Shown: positions 19,391-28,358 of the stretch, one piece after another
Layout of the letters: each line of letters starts with the position of its first letter
How positions within the stretch are numbered: the first letter of the stretch is position 1
DNA from: Promethearchaeota archaeon
GTDB taxonomy: Archaea; Asgardarchaeota; Lokiarchaeia; Sigyniarchaeales; SOKP01
Assembly: GCA_048941285.1 (NCBI GenBank)
Contig: JBHLNS010000034.1
Span: forward strand, 1 to 37,943
Reading direction: 5' to 3'
DNA: 37,943 nt
Position numbers and translations under genes: made by a program
Notes under the pieces: model-generated
What the model was told of the DNA's origin: nothing
The model's input: the letters and a program-made list of their open reading frames with translations, nothing else
The model's database searches: none

Positions 19391-20560
19391 ATGTTAAAAT
19401 TATTGGTATTTTCTCCGAATATACTAGAGTTTGGTCGAGGTGGAGAGATATCTTCAATGGAATTAGCTTCGGGGTTAAATAAGTATTATAATGTAAGCTT
19501 TATGGACACAAACATCTCTCCTGGTGACAAATTGTTATCAGTAAAAGCTATAAATAAAAAGCTTGGAAATATTAAAACTCGCAGTCAAATGAGATTTGCT
19601 ATGCTGCATTTAGGCCATTTAACATTTACTTTTCCATATCCCTGGGAAATCTTAAAATTATTGAAGAAAATAAAAAATAATCGGATTATCTATATTTCGT
19701 ATTCAGATTTTAAAACCAGTGTTCTTTTTATATTAGGAAATTTACTTTATAGAAAAACAAAATTAATAATAGGATACCGAAAACCTCTATATAGTCCAAA
19801 AATTATCTCACTTTATAATTTAAAATATAGAAGTTCGCTCCTTATACTTTCACTTTTCAAAAAGCGGATATATCATCATACTCTTTCTTATTATGCTAAA
19901 AAGTTTTTAGAAAATTTTTTTCCTCAAGAAAAAGTTATCCATATAATCCATGGTATTAACCTTGAAGATTTTATAGATAGTGATCTTACGAAGAAAGATA
20001 ACGAGATCTTAAATTTTCTTTATGTGGGTGAATTAATAGAAATTCCCAAGGGATTTGGAGTTCTTATAAATGCAATTACCCAACTTTTAGAGGAGAATAA
20101 AAATTTAAAAGTACATTTTGAATTTTGTGGACTTGGTCCTCTTGAACATAAAATAAAAGAGTTAGAAAAAAAATTTCCAAATTATATTAAGTATCATGGA
20201 TATGTGAGTAATGATTTAATCCCTGAAATTTACAAAAGAAATGATGTTTTCTTATTTTCTTCTCGTAGGGAACCTTTTCCTAGAGTGCTTATGGAAGCAT
20301 TAGCAGGAAATTTAGTAATATTATGTAGTAAGACAATTGGTTCGATTGAATTATTAAAAGGAAAGGAGTTTGCGTTCTTTTTTCATGAATTAACGCCAAA
20401 AGAAATCAAAGAAAAGATTCTTAAGATTTATAGACTATGGGAAAATGACTACCTAACATTTTCAAGGTTACAAATTTCAGCGAAAAAATATGTCTTTAAT
20501 AACTTCTCCCATGAAATTGAAATAAAAGGGTTTAGAACTCTAATAAATAATATCAATTAA
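19391..20560 (+). CDS. Glycosyltransferase family 4 (GT-B)
   Basis: GRGGE N-terminal loop, HGINL, YVGEL..KG and SRREPFPRVLMEALA (ExF-x4-E motif). Confidence 0.9.
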   Translation: MLKLLVFSPNILEFGRGGEISSMELASGLNKYYNVSFMDTNISPGDKLLSVKAINKKLGNIKTRSQMRFAMLHLGHLTFTFPYPWEILKLLKKIKNNRIIYISYSDFKTSVLFILGNLLYRKTKLIIGYRKPLYSPKIISLYNLKYRSSLLILSLFKKRIYHHTLSYYAKKFLENFFPQEKVIHIIHGINLEDFIDSDLTKKDNEILNFLYVGELIEIPKGFGVLINAITQLLEENKNLKVHFEFCGLGPLEHKIKELEKKFPNYIKYHGYVSNDLIPEIYKRNDVFLFSSRREPFPRVLMEALAGNLVILCSKTIGSIELLKGKEFAFFFHELTPKEIKEKILKIYRLWENDYLTFSRLQISAKKYVFNNFSHEIEIKGFRTLINNIN

Positions 20561-20754
20561 GCAAGAAACTGATGGGAAAATCCTTAATGCTCTATTTGAA
20601 ATTTCTTTTTTCTCTCAAAATTTCCTAAAATAAAAGCTTAAATATAAATTCTACTATAAAATTTGTGTAAAAATTCGTTCTAAATTGCTAATAATTTCAA
20701 TTATTCAAATTCCGAGTTTTTACTATAATTATATTTACTACTTGAGATGAGGAT

Positions 20755-20760
20755 GAGGTG
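20755..20760 (+). promoter_or_regulatory. Shine-Dalgarno GAGGTG preceding a probable ATT start at 20769
   Basis: GAGGTG, 8 nt spacer, then ATT TCT CAA; in-frame TGA at 20754-20756 just upstream. Confidence 0.6.
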
Positions 20761-20768
20761 TATTAGTC

Positions 20769-21416
20769 ATTTCTCAAGATGAATTAAAAGATCTTACATC
20801 AGATTTAGACGACAAAGTTGTAAAAGCTCTACAAAATAAAGTTAGTACATACGAAGCAAATATCAACGAACTTAAAGAAATTATAGAGAAAAAAGATGAA
20901 GAAATAGAGAATTTAGGAAATCAATTAGAAGGATTACGAAATAAACTTTCTAGTTTAGACACTCAAACACATAATCTTGATAAATTGAACAGCGAAGTTT
21001 ATGATTTAAAGAAAACGATTACTTTAAAAGATGAAAAAATCAATAAATTGAGGGCAGAAGTGGATGAATTCAAACCTAAAATAGCTGAATTAACCAAAAA
21101 TAATGAAGAATTAAAGAAAAATTTAACAGAAAGAGAGAATAGGGTTAAAGAATTAAATGATAATCTTGTTGAAAAAGAAAAAGTATTAAGTGAACAAGCT
21201 AGCAAATTAGAAAAAGCGGAAACAGAATTATCCGCATTGAAACCAGCTACACCTGCTGTGTTTACGAGCGAAGAACGTCTAGTTTGTCATAATTGTGGGG
21301 CGAGAGGAAAAGATTTAAAAGTTGAAGAAGATAAGAGTAAAGTCCTCAGCTATGTTGGCCACAGCCCACTTTATGCTAAAGTAAATGTGTGTAAGAAATG
21401 TGGTTATAAATTTTAA
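20769..21416 (+). CDS. Coiled-coil protein with C-terminal CxxC...CxxC zinc ribbon (215 aa if started at ATT)
   Basis: The frame is open for 72 codons upstream of the ORF-track TTG (20985) and continues the heptad pattern (SQDELKDLTSDLDDKVVKALQNKV...). The C-terminus is CHNCG...EDKSKVLSY...YAKVNVCKKCGYKF. Confidence 0.8.
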   Translation: MSQDELKDLTSDLDDKVVKALQNKVSTYEANINELKEIIEKKDEEIENLGNQLEGLRNKLSSLDTQTHNLDKLNSEVYDLKKTITLKDEKINKLRAEVDEFKPKIAELTKNNEELKKNLTERENRVKELNDNLVEKEKVLSEQASKLEKAETELSALKPATPAVFTSEERLVCHNCGARGKDLKVEEDKSKVLSYVGHSPLYAKVNVCKKCGYKF

Positions 21417-21547
21417 TTATTCTATTTTTATTCCTTTTCTATTTTTTATTTGTAATAATCCAAATTTGATTAACTAATAGATTCAATTTAGATAACTTTT
21501 TTACATCTAAAAAGCAAGTATAAACTATCATAATTTTAGCTTTCTAT

Positions 21548-22582
21548 GTGAAAAAAAAGTTGATTAAAACAAGAATAACTGAAAATTTTGGGATAAAATA
21601 TCCTATTATTAGTGCTCCGATGGGCCCTTTCTATACGACAAAATTAGCAATTGCAGTTTCAGAAGCAGGTGGATTAGGAGTTGTAAGTCATGCAACATTG
21701 CGAGGTAAAAATTCTGTTAAGGATTTTAAGGAACAATTGGACTATTTTGTAGAGCATTCTGATAAACCTTTTGGTATAAATGTGCGTGTTGCTCGAATCC
21801 AGACTGATCACCGGGTTTTATTAAGAAAAATTCCACAATGGCGTAAAGAGAACCCTAAATTAAGAGAGCAATTAGTTTACGCCTTAACCAGTGCTGGAGG
21901 TCCTCGAGTTGCAGGAAAAATGTGGAAGGAAAAAGCACCCGATATGTATCATTTTCATGTTGGTCCCGCTTTATGGCTTGTTGATAAAATAGTAGAATCA
22001 GGATGTGATGGGATAGTTGCTACAGGAACCGAAGGTGGTGGTCATCAAAGTTATGAAGAAGTTACAACATTGGTATTAATACAACAAGTTGCTCGAAAAT
22101 ATCCCGATAAAATGTTAGTTGGATGTGGAGGATTTGCAACCCCAGAGGGCATAGCTGCAGGATTAGCCATGGGTGCTGATGCTATTGCTATGGGTACACG
22201 ATTTATTGCTTCTACTGAGAGCGAATTTCATCAAAATTATAAAAATCTTATTCCTCCTGCTACAGCTCAAGATACTATGCTTACAACTGGAGGATTTGGC
22301 CCAATTAGATTATTGAAGAATAAATTTTGTTTAGAACATGGTAAAGTGATGACCAGAGATGAAAAAATATCTCAAGAATTAGCCTATGATATGGATGAAT
22401 ATCTTTCAGACCTAATTGCATATGAGCTAGTCTATACCAAGGGGGATACTGTAGATGGAGCAGTCCCGGTAGGCCAGACTGTTGGGTTAATTGATTCAAT
22501 TTTGGATGTTGAGGATATTGTTTCAGGATTCACAAATAAAGCAGAAAAAATATTGAAGAATTTATGTTCAAGAATTTCATAA
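21548..22582 (+). CDS. Nitronate monooxygenase / FabK-like enoyl-thioester reductase family flavoprotein
   Basis: YPIISAPM, AVSEAGGLG, KPFGIN, EGGGH, GADAIAMGTRF and GQTVGLI. Confidence 0.9.
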   Translation: MKKKLIKTRITENFGIKYPIISAPMGPFYTTKLAIAVSEAGGLGVVSHATLRGKNSVKDFKEQLDYFVEHSDKPFGINVRVARIQTDHRVLLRKIPQWRKENPKLREQLVYALTSAGGPRVAGKMWKEKAPDMYHFHVGPALWLVDKIVESGCDGIVATGTEGGGHQSYEEVTTLVLIQQVARKYPDKMLVGCGGFATPEGIAAGLAMGADAIAMGTRFIASTESEFHQNYKNLIPPATAQDTMLTTGGFGPIRLLKNKFCLEHGKVMTRDEKISQELAYDMDEYLSDLIAYELVYTKGDTVDGAVPVGQTVGLIDSILDVEDIVSGFTNKAEKILKNLCSRIS

Positions 22583-22664
22583 ATAATTACTAATTTTCAT
22601 TTCTTTATTTTTTAAAATAAGATACTTATTTCACAATTAGATATAAAATTAAAAAGAAAATTAA

Positions 22665-24470
22665 TTATTCAGTTTCTTTTCTTAATTCTCGTCTTAAAAT
22701 TTTACCTATGATAGATTTTGGTAATTCAGGAACAATCTCGATCATTCGTGGAAATTTATAAGGACTGATATTAGTTTGACACCATTCCAAGAGTTCTTCT
22801 TTGGTAATTTTACCTTTATATTCTGGTTTAAGTGAAATAAATGCTTTTATTTCTTGTCCGGTTTCTGGATCTGGGACTCCAATGACTCCAACTTCACTTA
22901 CAGCTTCATGCATGTATATTAAATCCTCAACTTCTCTTGGAAAGACACCATGGCCTTTTCTTTTAATCATATCTCTTTTTCTATCTTTAATATGTAAATA
23001 ACCATCTTTATCTATACATCCAATATCAGCAGTATAATACCATTTAACACCTTGAGAATCCTTTCTTAATGCATAATTAGTATCCTCTTTCCTACCTAAG
23101 TATCCATTCATAACTTGTGGACCAGTGCAACATATTTCTCCAATATATTGGAACTCATCCTCACCACAATTCTCACAACTTTCATTTGGACAGTGAGATA
23201 GTAATTTTGTACCATTATCAGCATCTACTATTTTGAGTAACGTATCAGATAGAGGAAATCCGACTGTATTAACTTTTTGAAGTATTTTTTTGAATGGATT
23301 CAAAGAAACTACAGGAGAACATTCTGACATTCCATATCCTTCTACAATACTTACACCAGTTAATTTTTCAAATTCATTTTTAACCTCTTCAGCTATTGCT
23401 GAAGCAGCACTTATACAAGCTATAAGTGAATTCAATTTGCCTTTATATTTACTGGAATTAGGATCTTCATTAATTTTTATATAAAGTGTAGGGACTCCTG
23501 GCATGTATGTAGCTTTCTCCTTCATCATTATTTTTAAAATATTTGATATTTTTTCTGGCGGTCGGGGTAACAAGATCATTTTCCAGCCCTCAAGTACCGA
23601 CACAGTCATACCAATATTGCCAAAGGCATGTGCAAGTGGAATTACTAACATCATTGCTCCTTTTCCTTTCAAATCATTCATTTCTGGTAATTGCGTTGAA
23701 GCCCACATATCAGTTTGAAGTACATTAACAACCATTGAGTAGTGAGAGGTCATTACTCCTTTTGGAACTCCAGTTGTACCTCCTGTATATATTAAAACAG
23801 ATATATCTTTTTTAAGATCTAAGTTTACTTTTGGTACATTTATTGGAAGTCCATCATCTAAAATTTCTTGGAATTTATGGAATGTTATTTTTCCAATTTT
23901 TTCTGGCCATTCTTTCATTCTTGGAACTTTACCTAATGCAGTTCCTAGCTTTGCTTTCAGTGGTGGTAAGTATTCTGCTAATCCCGTCAAAATTATATGT
24001 TTTAACGTAGGCATTTTGCCTAAATCCTTATCAAGAAGGTATTCTTCATACAAATAATCAAGAATTACTAATGTATTAGCTTTTGAATCATTTACTTGAT
24101 GAACAATCTCAACAAAGCGATTTACAGGTAATATTGGATTAGATGTTGCACCAATTCTTACTACTGCCCAGTGAGCTATAACATATTGGGGAATATTTGG
24201 CAGATCAATACATATAACATCTCCTTTTTTTATTCCTAATTTAGATAAAGCTGTAGCAAATTGATCTACTAGAGTATCTAATTCTAGATATGTCATTCTA
24301 AAACCTTCAAAAAAAATTGCTTCAGAATCTGGAAACTTTAAAGCTGTTCTACTTAAAAGTTGTCCTAAGGGAATAGCATCATATTCAATATGTCTAGGTG
24401 TTTCTTTTGGCCATTTCTTATCAATTCCGTAAAATTTTATAAGATCTTCTTTGCTCATTTGTATATTCAC
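22665..24470 (-). CDS. Long-chain fatty-acid--CoA ligase with a short Cys-rich insertion
   Basis: YTGGTTGVPKG, EGYGMSE, TADIG, DRKRD and GKILRR. The start is probably the ATG four codons after the GTG. Confidence 0.93.
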   Translation of the reverse strand: MNIQMSKEDLIKFYGIDKKWPKETPRHIEYDAIPLGQLLSRTALKFPDSEAIFFEGFRMTYLELDTLVDQFATALSKLGIKKGDVICIDLPNIPQYVIAHWAVVRIGATSNPILPVNRFVEIVHQVNDSKANTLVILDYLYEEYLLDKDLGKMPTLKHIILTGLAEYLPPLKAKLGTALGKVPRMKEWPEKIGKITFHKFQEILDDGLPINVPKVNLDLKKDISVLIYTGGTTGVPKGVMTSHYSMVVNVLQTDMWASTQLPEMNDLKGKGAMMLVIPLAHAFGNIGMTVSVLEGWKMILLPRPPEKISNILKIMMKEKATYMPGVPTLYIKINEDPNSSKYKGKLNSLIACISAASAIAEEVKNEFEKLTGVSIVEGYGMSECSPVVSLNPFKKILQKVNTVGFPLSDTLLKIVDADNGTKLLSHCPNESCENCGEDEFQYIGEICCTGPQVMNGYLGRKEDTNYALRKDSQGVKWYYTADIGCIDKDGYLHIKDRKRDMIKRKGHGVFPREVEDLIYMHEAVSEVGVIGVPDPETGQEIKAFISLKPEYKGKITKEELLEWCQTNISPYKFPRMIEIVPELPKSIIGKILRRELRKETE

Positions 24471-24586
24471 TATCTTTTACATTTTTTAGAAATATGTGAT
24501 ATTATTCATTTCGATATTATTTAAAAGTTTTAATAAATAAGTAAAGAAGGATTATTTTTTTATTACATTTCAACAGACAAATTAGC

Positions 24587-25024
24587 TTAAATTCTTAATT
24601 TGTATAAATCTTTATCTGGAACATAACTCATCATAATTAGGTCATCTCTGATCTCCCAATCCAAATTGAGATAGAACTGAACAACTTCTTTATTATATTT
24701 TTCAATAAATAAATGAACTTTATGGACTCCCATTTTACGAAATCTTACATCCAATTCATCTATAATCATTTTTCCATATCCCATTTTTTGATAATCTGGA
24801 TCTATGGCAAGGTGATGAACGTATCCTCTCCTCCCATCGAAGCCTCCCATAACCACACCTATTAACTTTTGATTTATTTTTCCTATTAAGAAAAGCTGAG
24901 GATTTCGTTTAAGCATTCTTTCAATTTCTTCTTTCGTGTCAGTGGATCCTACATTAATTCCAGTTTTTCTCCAAAGTGCAATAATTTCATCGTAAGATTC
25001 CATTGAGAATTCTTCGATCTTCAT
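24587..25024 (-). CDS. GNAT family N-acetyltransferase (YpeA-like)
   Basis: MGGFDGRRGYVHHLAIDPDYQKMGYG (acetyl-CoA binding loop) and N..VVQFY. Confidence 0.9.
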   Translation of the reverse strand: MKIEEFSMESYDEIIALWRKTGINVGSTDTKEEIERMLKRNPQLFLIGKINQKLIGVVMGGFDGRRGYVHHLAIDPDYQKMGYGKMIIDELDVRFRKMGVHKVHLFIEKYNKEVVQFYLNLDWEIRDDLIMMSYVPDKDLYKLRI

Positions 25025-25077
25025 ATTTAATAAAAAACCACAAGGATTTTGAAATTATGTAATTTTCATCATAATTT

Positions 25078-25360
25078 GGAAATCCTTACGAAAGATTAAA
25101 AGATAGGAATCTTCTCTAGGAGCATAAAATTTGTGAATAGAATGTAAAAAAAAATGAAATTGTTGTTGTGTCTTCCACGGGTCCTTTTTTTTGTTAATTT
25201 ATCCCATGAACTAAAAGGTAAAAATGTTGAACCCGGAATGCTAGTAGCATTAAATTAAAGAACATTTGACGTGAATTAAATATTACCTATACCTAGCGAA
25301 CAATTAAAGAAAGTAAAAGAATTAATTTTTTTAACAGAACTTACTTTAAAAAAGGAATAA
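25078..25360 (+). pseudogene. Decayed fragment resembling the OB domain of proteasome-activating nucleotidase (PAN/Rpt)
   Basis: Manual translation: EIVVVSSTGPFF (25156-25191), frameshift in a T8 run, then VNLSHELKGKNVEPGMLVALN*RTFDVN*ILP (25193-25288). This matches the PAN pattern SSTGPxFxVN...EPGxxVALNQxTFxIxExLP. The 5' boundary is uncertain. Confidence 0.7.
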
Positions 25361-25364
25361 ATAA

Positions 25365-27449
25365 TTAATCGTACAAGTAATCTAATGTTAGATTTCGAAT
25401 TTGATTGCGAATTTTCTTTTTTTCCTCTATAATATTTCTCATTTGTCTCGAGATGTCTACTCTTTTATTGATATTAGAAGGAATTGGTAGAACTACTTCC
25501 ATTATTCTATTTCCAATGGTAGCAATAGTTCCTTGCACAAAAGTAATTGCTTGTATTTGTTTTTGGACGATGTCTAAATTTAATAGATATAAAAGGAGGT
25601 AAGAATCTATAAATTCATCATTTTTTATAGCTTTGATTTGAAAGATATGACTTTGAATAATAATAGAAGTATCTAAATCTGTTATATATGCTGTTTTCCC
25701 AATCAAGTTTGGACCACCATCTTTGACTAATAGAATATCACCTTCTTCAACATTTTGTTTTAGTTTATACTGTTCATATACTTCCTTGCTTGTTTTTTTA
25801 TACGAGTCCAAATTTATTTCCCAGTTATTTAAGTCACTAGTTCTTATAAAGGGAACATCTCCTAAACCGTAAACATGAGAACCAATTTCATCTCCTCGAG
25901 GAAGATATCCCCCCTTATTAGTATAAATTACTTTTTTTTCTGCAAGATCTTTAATTGTGTAAAGATTGAAATTTTTATCATTAGAAAGCTTTTTTAAAGT
26001 CTTTTCAACCCCTGTATAATAATTTGGGATGAAAATTTTGTCCTTAATTTGGCTTAATTTTATTTTGAAGACTTTTTGTTCCTTTAAATAATCGATGAAT
26101 TCAGCTTCTTTAATTTTTAGATGTAAATTTATTAGATCGTCATTCAGGATCGGGTCTCCATTAGAATCCAACTTTTTGCTACCATCCTTTTTTAATTTAT
26201 GTAAAACCTTCCCGTCTTTATCATGCCCCACATTTTCAACAATTGCAAAATCAATTACATAATCTTTTGGTGTATTTTTTAACTTTTCAAAAAATAAGAT
26301 ACTGGTTTTATTGCACGTATAAGGCTGAAAAGTATTTTGATCCAATGAAATAATTCCCAAAATTTTACCATTAGAAATTAAATATTCCCATATATATCGA
26401 TCTGTTGGATTTCCGAAAATACCTTCCGGTAAAACTATAGCTAATTTTCCTCCATTATTAAGTAACTGAATACATCTTTCAATGAATAATACTTGAGGTG
26501 CTTGTTGTTTTAATAATTTATTTTGAATTTTCCATTTATCATCAATATTCTTCCAAATATGTCCTAATTGAAAATTTGAAAGAACATCTTTTTTATTAAT
26601 TGGAATTTTAACTCCAAAAGGAGGATTGGTAAAAATATAGTCAAAAGAGTCATTTTTTATTATCGCACTTGTTTGAGATTTAAAGCTCTTTGGATCCAAG
26701 GAGTCTTCACAAAAAATATTAGATTTTCCATTGCTTAATATTTCCAAATATAATTTACTGATTTTTGCCAAGAATAAATCCTTATCTATGCCAAAAAGAT
26801 TTGAAATTGATGCAATTCTTTTATTTTCTGAGACAATTTTTGACCATAAGACATCTTTTGCTTCAAGCAGGAACCCTCCATGGCCACATGCAGGATCTAA
26901 AACTTTTGAATCGACTTCAGGATCTAAATAATTAACCATAAATTTTACAATATTATGTGGAGTAAAAAATTGTCCTGCTTCATCTTTTAATATCTTACTA
27001 ACGAATATTTCAAAGGCATCACTTAAAATGTCTTTGGATGACTGAAGTAGAGAAATATACTCTAATTCTCTTACTATTAAATAAAGAAGTTCCTTATTCA
27101 ATGCGATCTGCTCATTTTCATCGATAATATCTTTATACTTTTCCCTTACATTCACATTAAAAAAAGTTTGAAATCGCCTGTATAATTCTTTATCAGTTTC
27201 GCTATCTTTAATACAAAAATCTACTTCGTCCTCAGGTTTCTTATTAATTTCATCAACCAATTTGCAGAGAAGTAGATTAATAATCTGCTTAGAACGTGTC
27301 CTAGTATCAGTATCGATATATTTTAATTTTCCATATAAATGTTGGTTAATTGTTGTAAAAACCTGCTTTAAGTTTAGTGATTTTTTTAAATCTTTCTTCT
27401 TTATAGGGCTAGATTTTTCCTCTAAAAATTCAGTTATGTGAACTGGCAT
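25365..27449 (-). CDS. N6-adenine DNA methyltransferase (HsdM-like) fused to a C-terminal HsdS-like target-recognition domain
   Basis: GQFFTP, DPACGHGGF (motif I), NPPFG (motif IV) and LAIVLPEG; TRD-like C-terminal part VPFIRTSDL...EGDILLVKDG..IGK...VVLPIP. No evident nuclease domain. Confidence 0.9.
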   Translation of the reverse strand: MPVHITEFLEEKSSPIKKKDLKKSLNLKQVFTTINQHLYGKLKYIDTDTRTRSKQIINLLLCKLVDEINKKPEDEVDFCIKDSETDKELYRRFQTFFNVNVREKYKDIIDENEQIALNKELLYLIVRELEYISLLQSSKDILSDAFEIFVSKILKDEAGQFFTPHNIVKFMVNYLDPEVDSKVLDPACGHGGFLLEAKDVLWSKIVSENKRIASISNLFGIDKDLFLAKISKLYLEILSNGKSNIFCEDSLDPKSFKSQTSAIIKNDSFDYIFTNPPFGVKIPINKKDVLSNFQLGHIWKNIDDKWKIQNKLLKQQAPQVLFIERCIQLLNNGGKLAIVLPEGIFGNPTDRYIWEYLISNGKILGIISLDQNTFQPYTCNKTSILFFEKLKNTPKDYVIDFAIVENVGHDKDGKVLHKLKKDGSKKLDSNGDPILNDDLINLHLKIKEAEFIDYLKEQKVFKIKLSQIKDKIFIPNYYTGVEKTLKKLSNDKNFNLYTIKDLAEKKVIYTNKGGYLPRGDEIGSHVYGLGDVPFIRTSDLNNWEINLDSYKKTSKEVYEQYKLKQNVEEGDILLVKDGGPNLIGKTAYITDLDTSIIIQSHIFQIKAIKNDEFIDSYLLLYLLNLDIVQKQIQAITFVQGTIATIGNRIMEVVLPIPSNINKRVDISRQMRNIIEEKKKIRNQIRNLTLDYLYD

Positions 27450-27561
27450 TTATATTTATTTAAAAATTCCCTTACAATTTATCATCTATTAATACTCTAT
27501 AATTCATTTATAATGAAGCAATTTATTATTGTTTTTTATTAATTGAAAATTAATGTAAATT

Positions 27562-28338
27562 ATGTCTTCAAACAATTTACAATTTGGAGAATATATTGAT
27601 TTTACAATCAAAAAGCGATTTGGTATTATTACTCTTAATAGAGTTCATAGATCAAACGCTTTTGACATTACCCAATTTGAAAATTTAAAAAAAGCTATTA
27701 ATTATTGCCAGAATAATCAGAAAATTCGAGGCTTAATTTTAACTAATAATGGAGATTCTTTTAGTACAGGTGTGGATTTAGGAGCTATCAATGGGAGTGA
27801 TCATAAAGCAGTAAAATATTTGGAAAAAACTGCTGCAGATATTTGTAAATTAATTTATAATGGAAAACCAGCTATTTCTGCTATTAATGGAAGGACGCTG
27901 GGAGAAGGGGTTGTGTATGTAGTGTGCTGTGATTATCGAATTGCTACAAAAGAAAGTTTTTTTCAAATGCCAGAAATCTTTTCAGGGATCTTTACTGGTA
28001 CAGGATGTTTAGTTTTATTTTCAAAAATTTTAGGAATTCCTTGGACTAAAAAATTATGCATGTTTTCTGAGAAAATTGGGGTAGAAAAAGCACAAGAAAT
28101 TGGATTAATAGATCAAATTGTAAATGATAGAGAGGATTTAATTAAAGCTGCCCTAAACAAAGCCAAGTTTCTTTTTACTAAAAATCAAACCGTTTTGAAC
28201 GCAATTAAGCTATGTAGCAATCATTTAGCAGATAAATCATATAGTATTGCTTATGAATTAGAGAAATTTGGCTCAAACTGGTATGAGTTTGAAGATAAAG
28301 AAGAGTTTGTAAAGGAATTTAGAATAAAATTTGAATAG
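27562..28338 (+). CDS. Enoyl-CoA hydratase/isomerase family protein (tandem paralog 1)
   Basis: LNRVHRSNA, FSTGVDL, KPAISAING, CDYRIA, MPEI and GLIDQIV. Confidence 0.9.
   Translation: MSSNNLQFGEYIDFTIKKRFGIITLNRVHRSNAFDITQFENLKKAINYCQNNQKIRGLILTNNGDSFSTGVDLGAINGSDHKAVKYLEKTAADICKLIYNGKPAISAINGRTLGEGVVYVVCCDYRIATKESFFQMPEIFSGIFTGTGCLVLFSKILGIPWTKKLCMFSEKIGVEKAQEIGLIDQIVNDREDLIKAALNKAKFLFTKNQTVLNAIKLCSNHLADKSYSIAYELEKFGSNWYEFEDKEEFVKEFRIKFE
28204..28243 (+). repeat. 40-bp exact repeat, copy 1 (copy 2 at 29001-29040)
   Basis: ATTAAGCTATGTAGCAATCATTTAGCAGATAAATCATATA is identical in both crotonase paralogs. Confidence 0.9.
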
Positions 28339-28358
28339 AAAAATACAAAGAAAATATA

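Noticed and set aside
20754-20756. In-frame TGA upstream of the coiled-coil gene as a possible selenocysteine codon
   Set aside because: No redox motif context and no SECIS recognised; it overlaps the SD and is better read as 5' UTR.
20985-21416. SMC/chromosome partition protein label for the coiled-coil gene
   Set aside because: No Walker A/B, signature motif or hinge; far too short.
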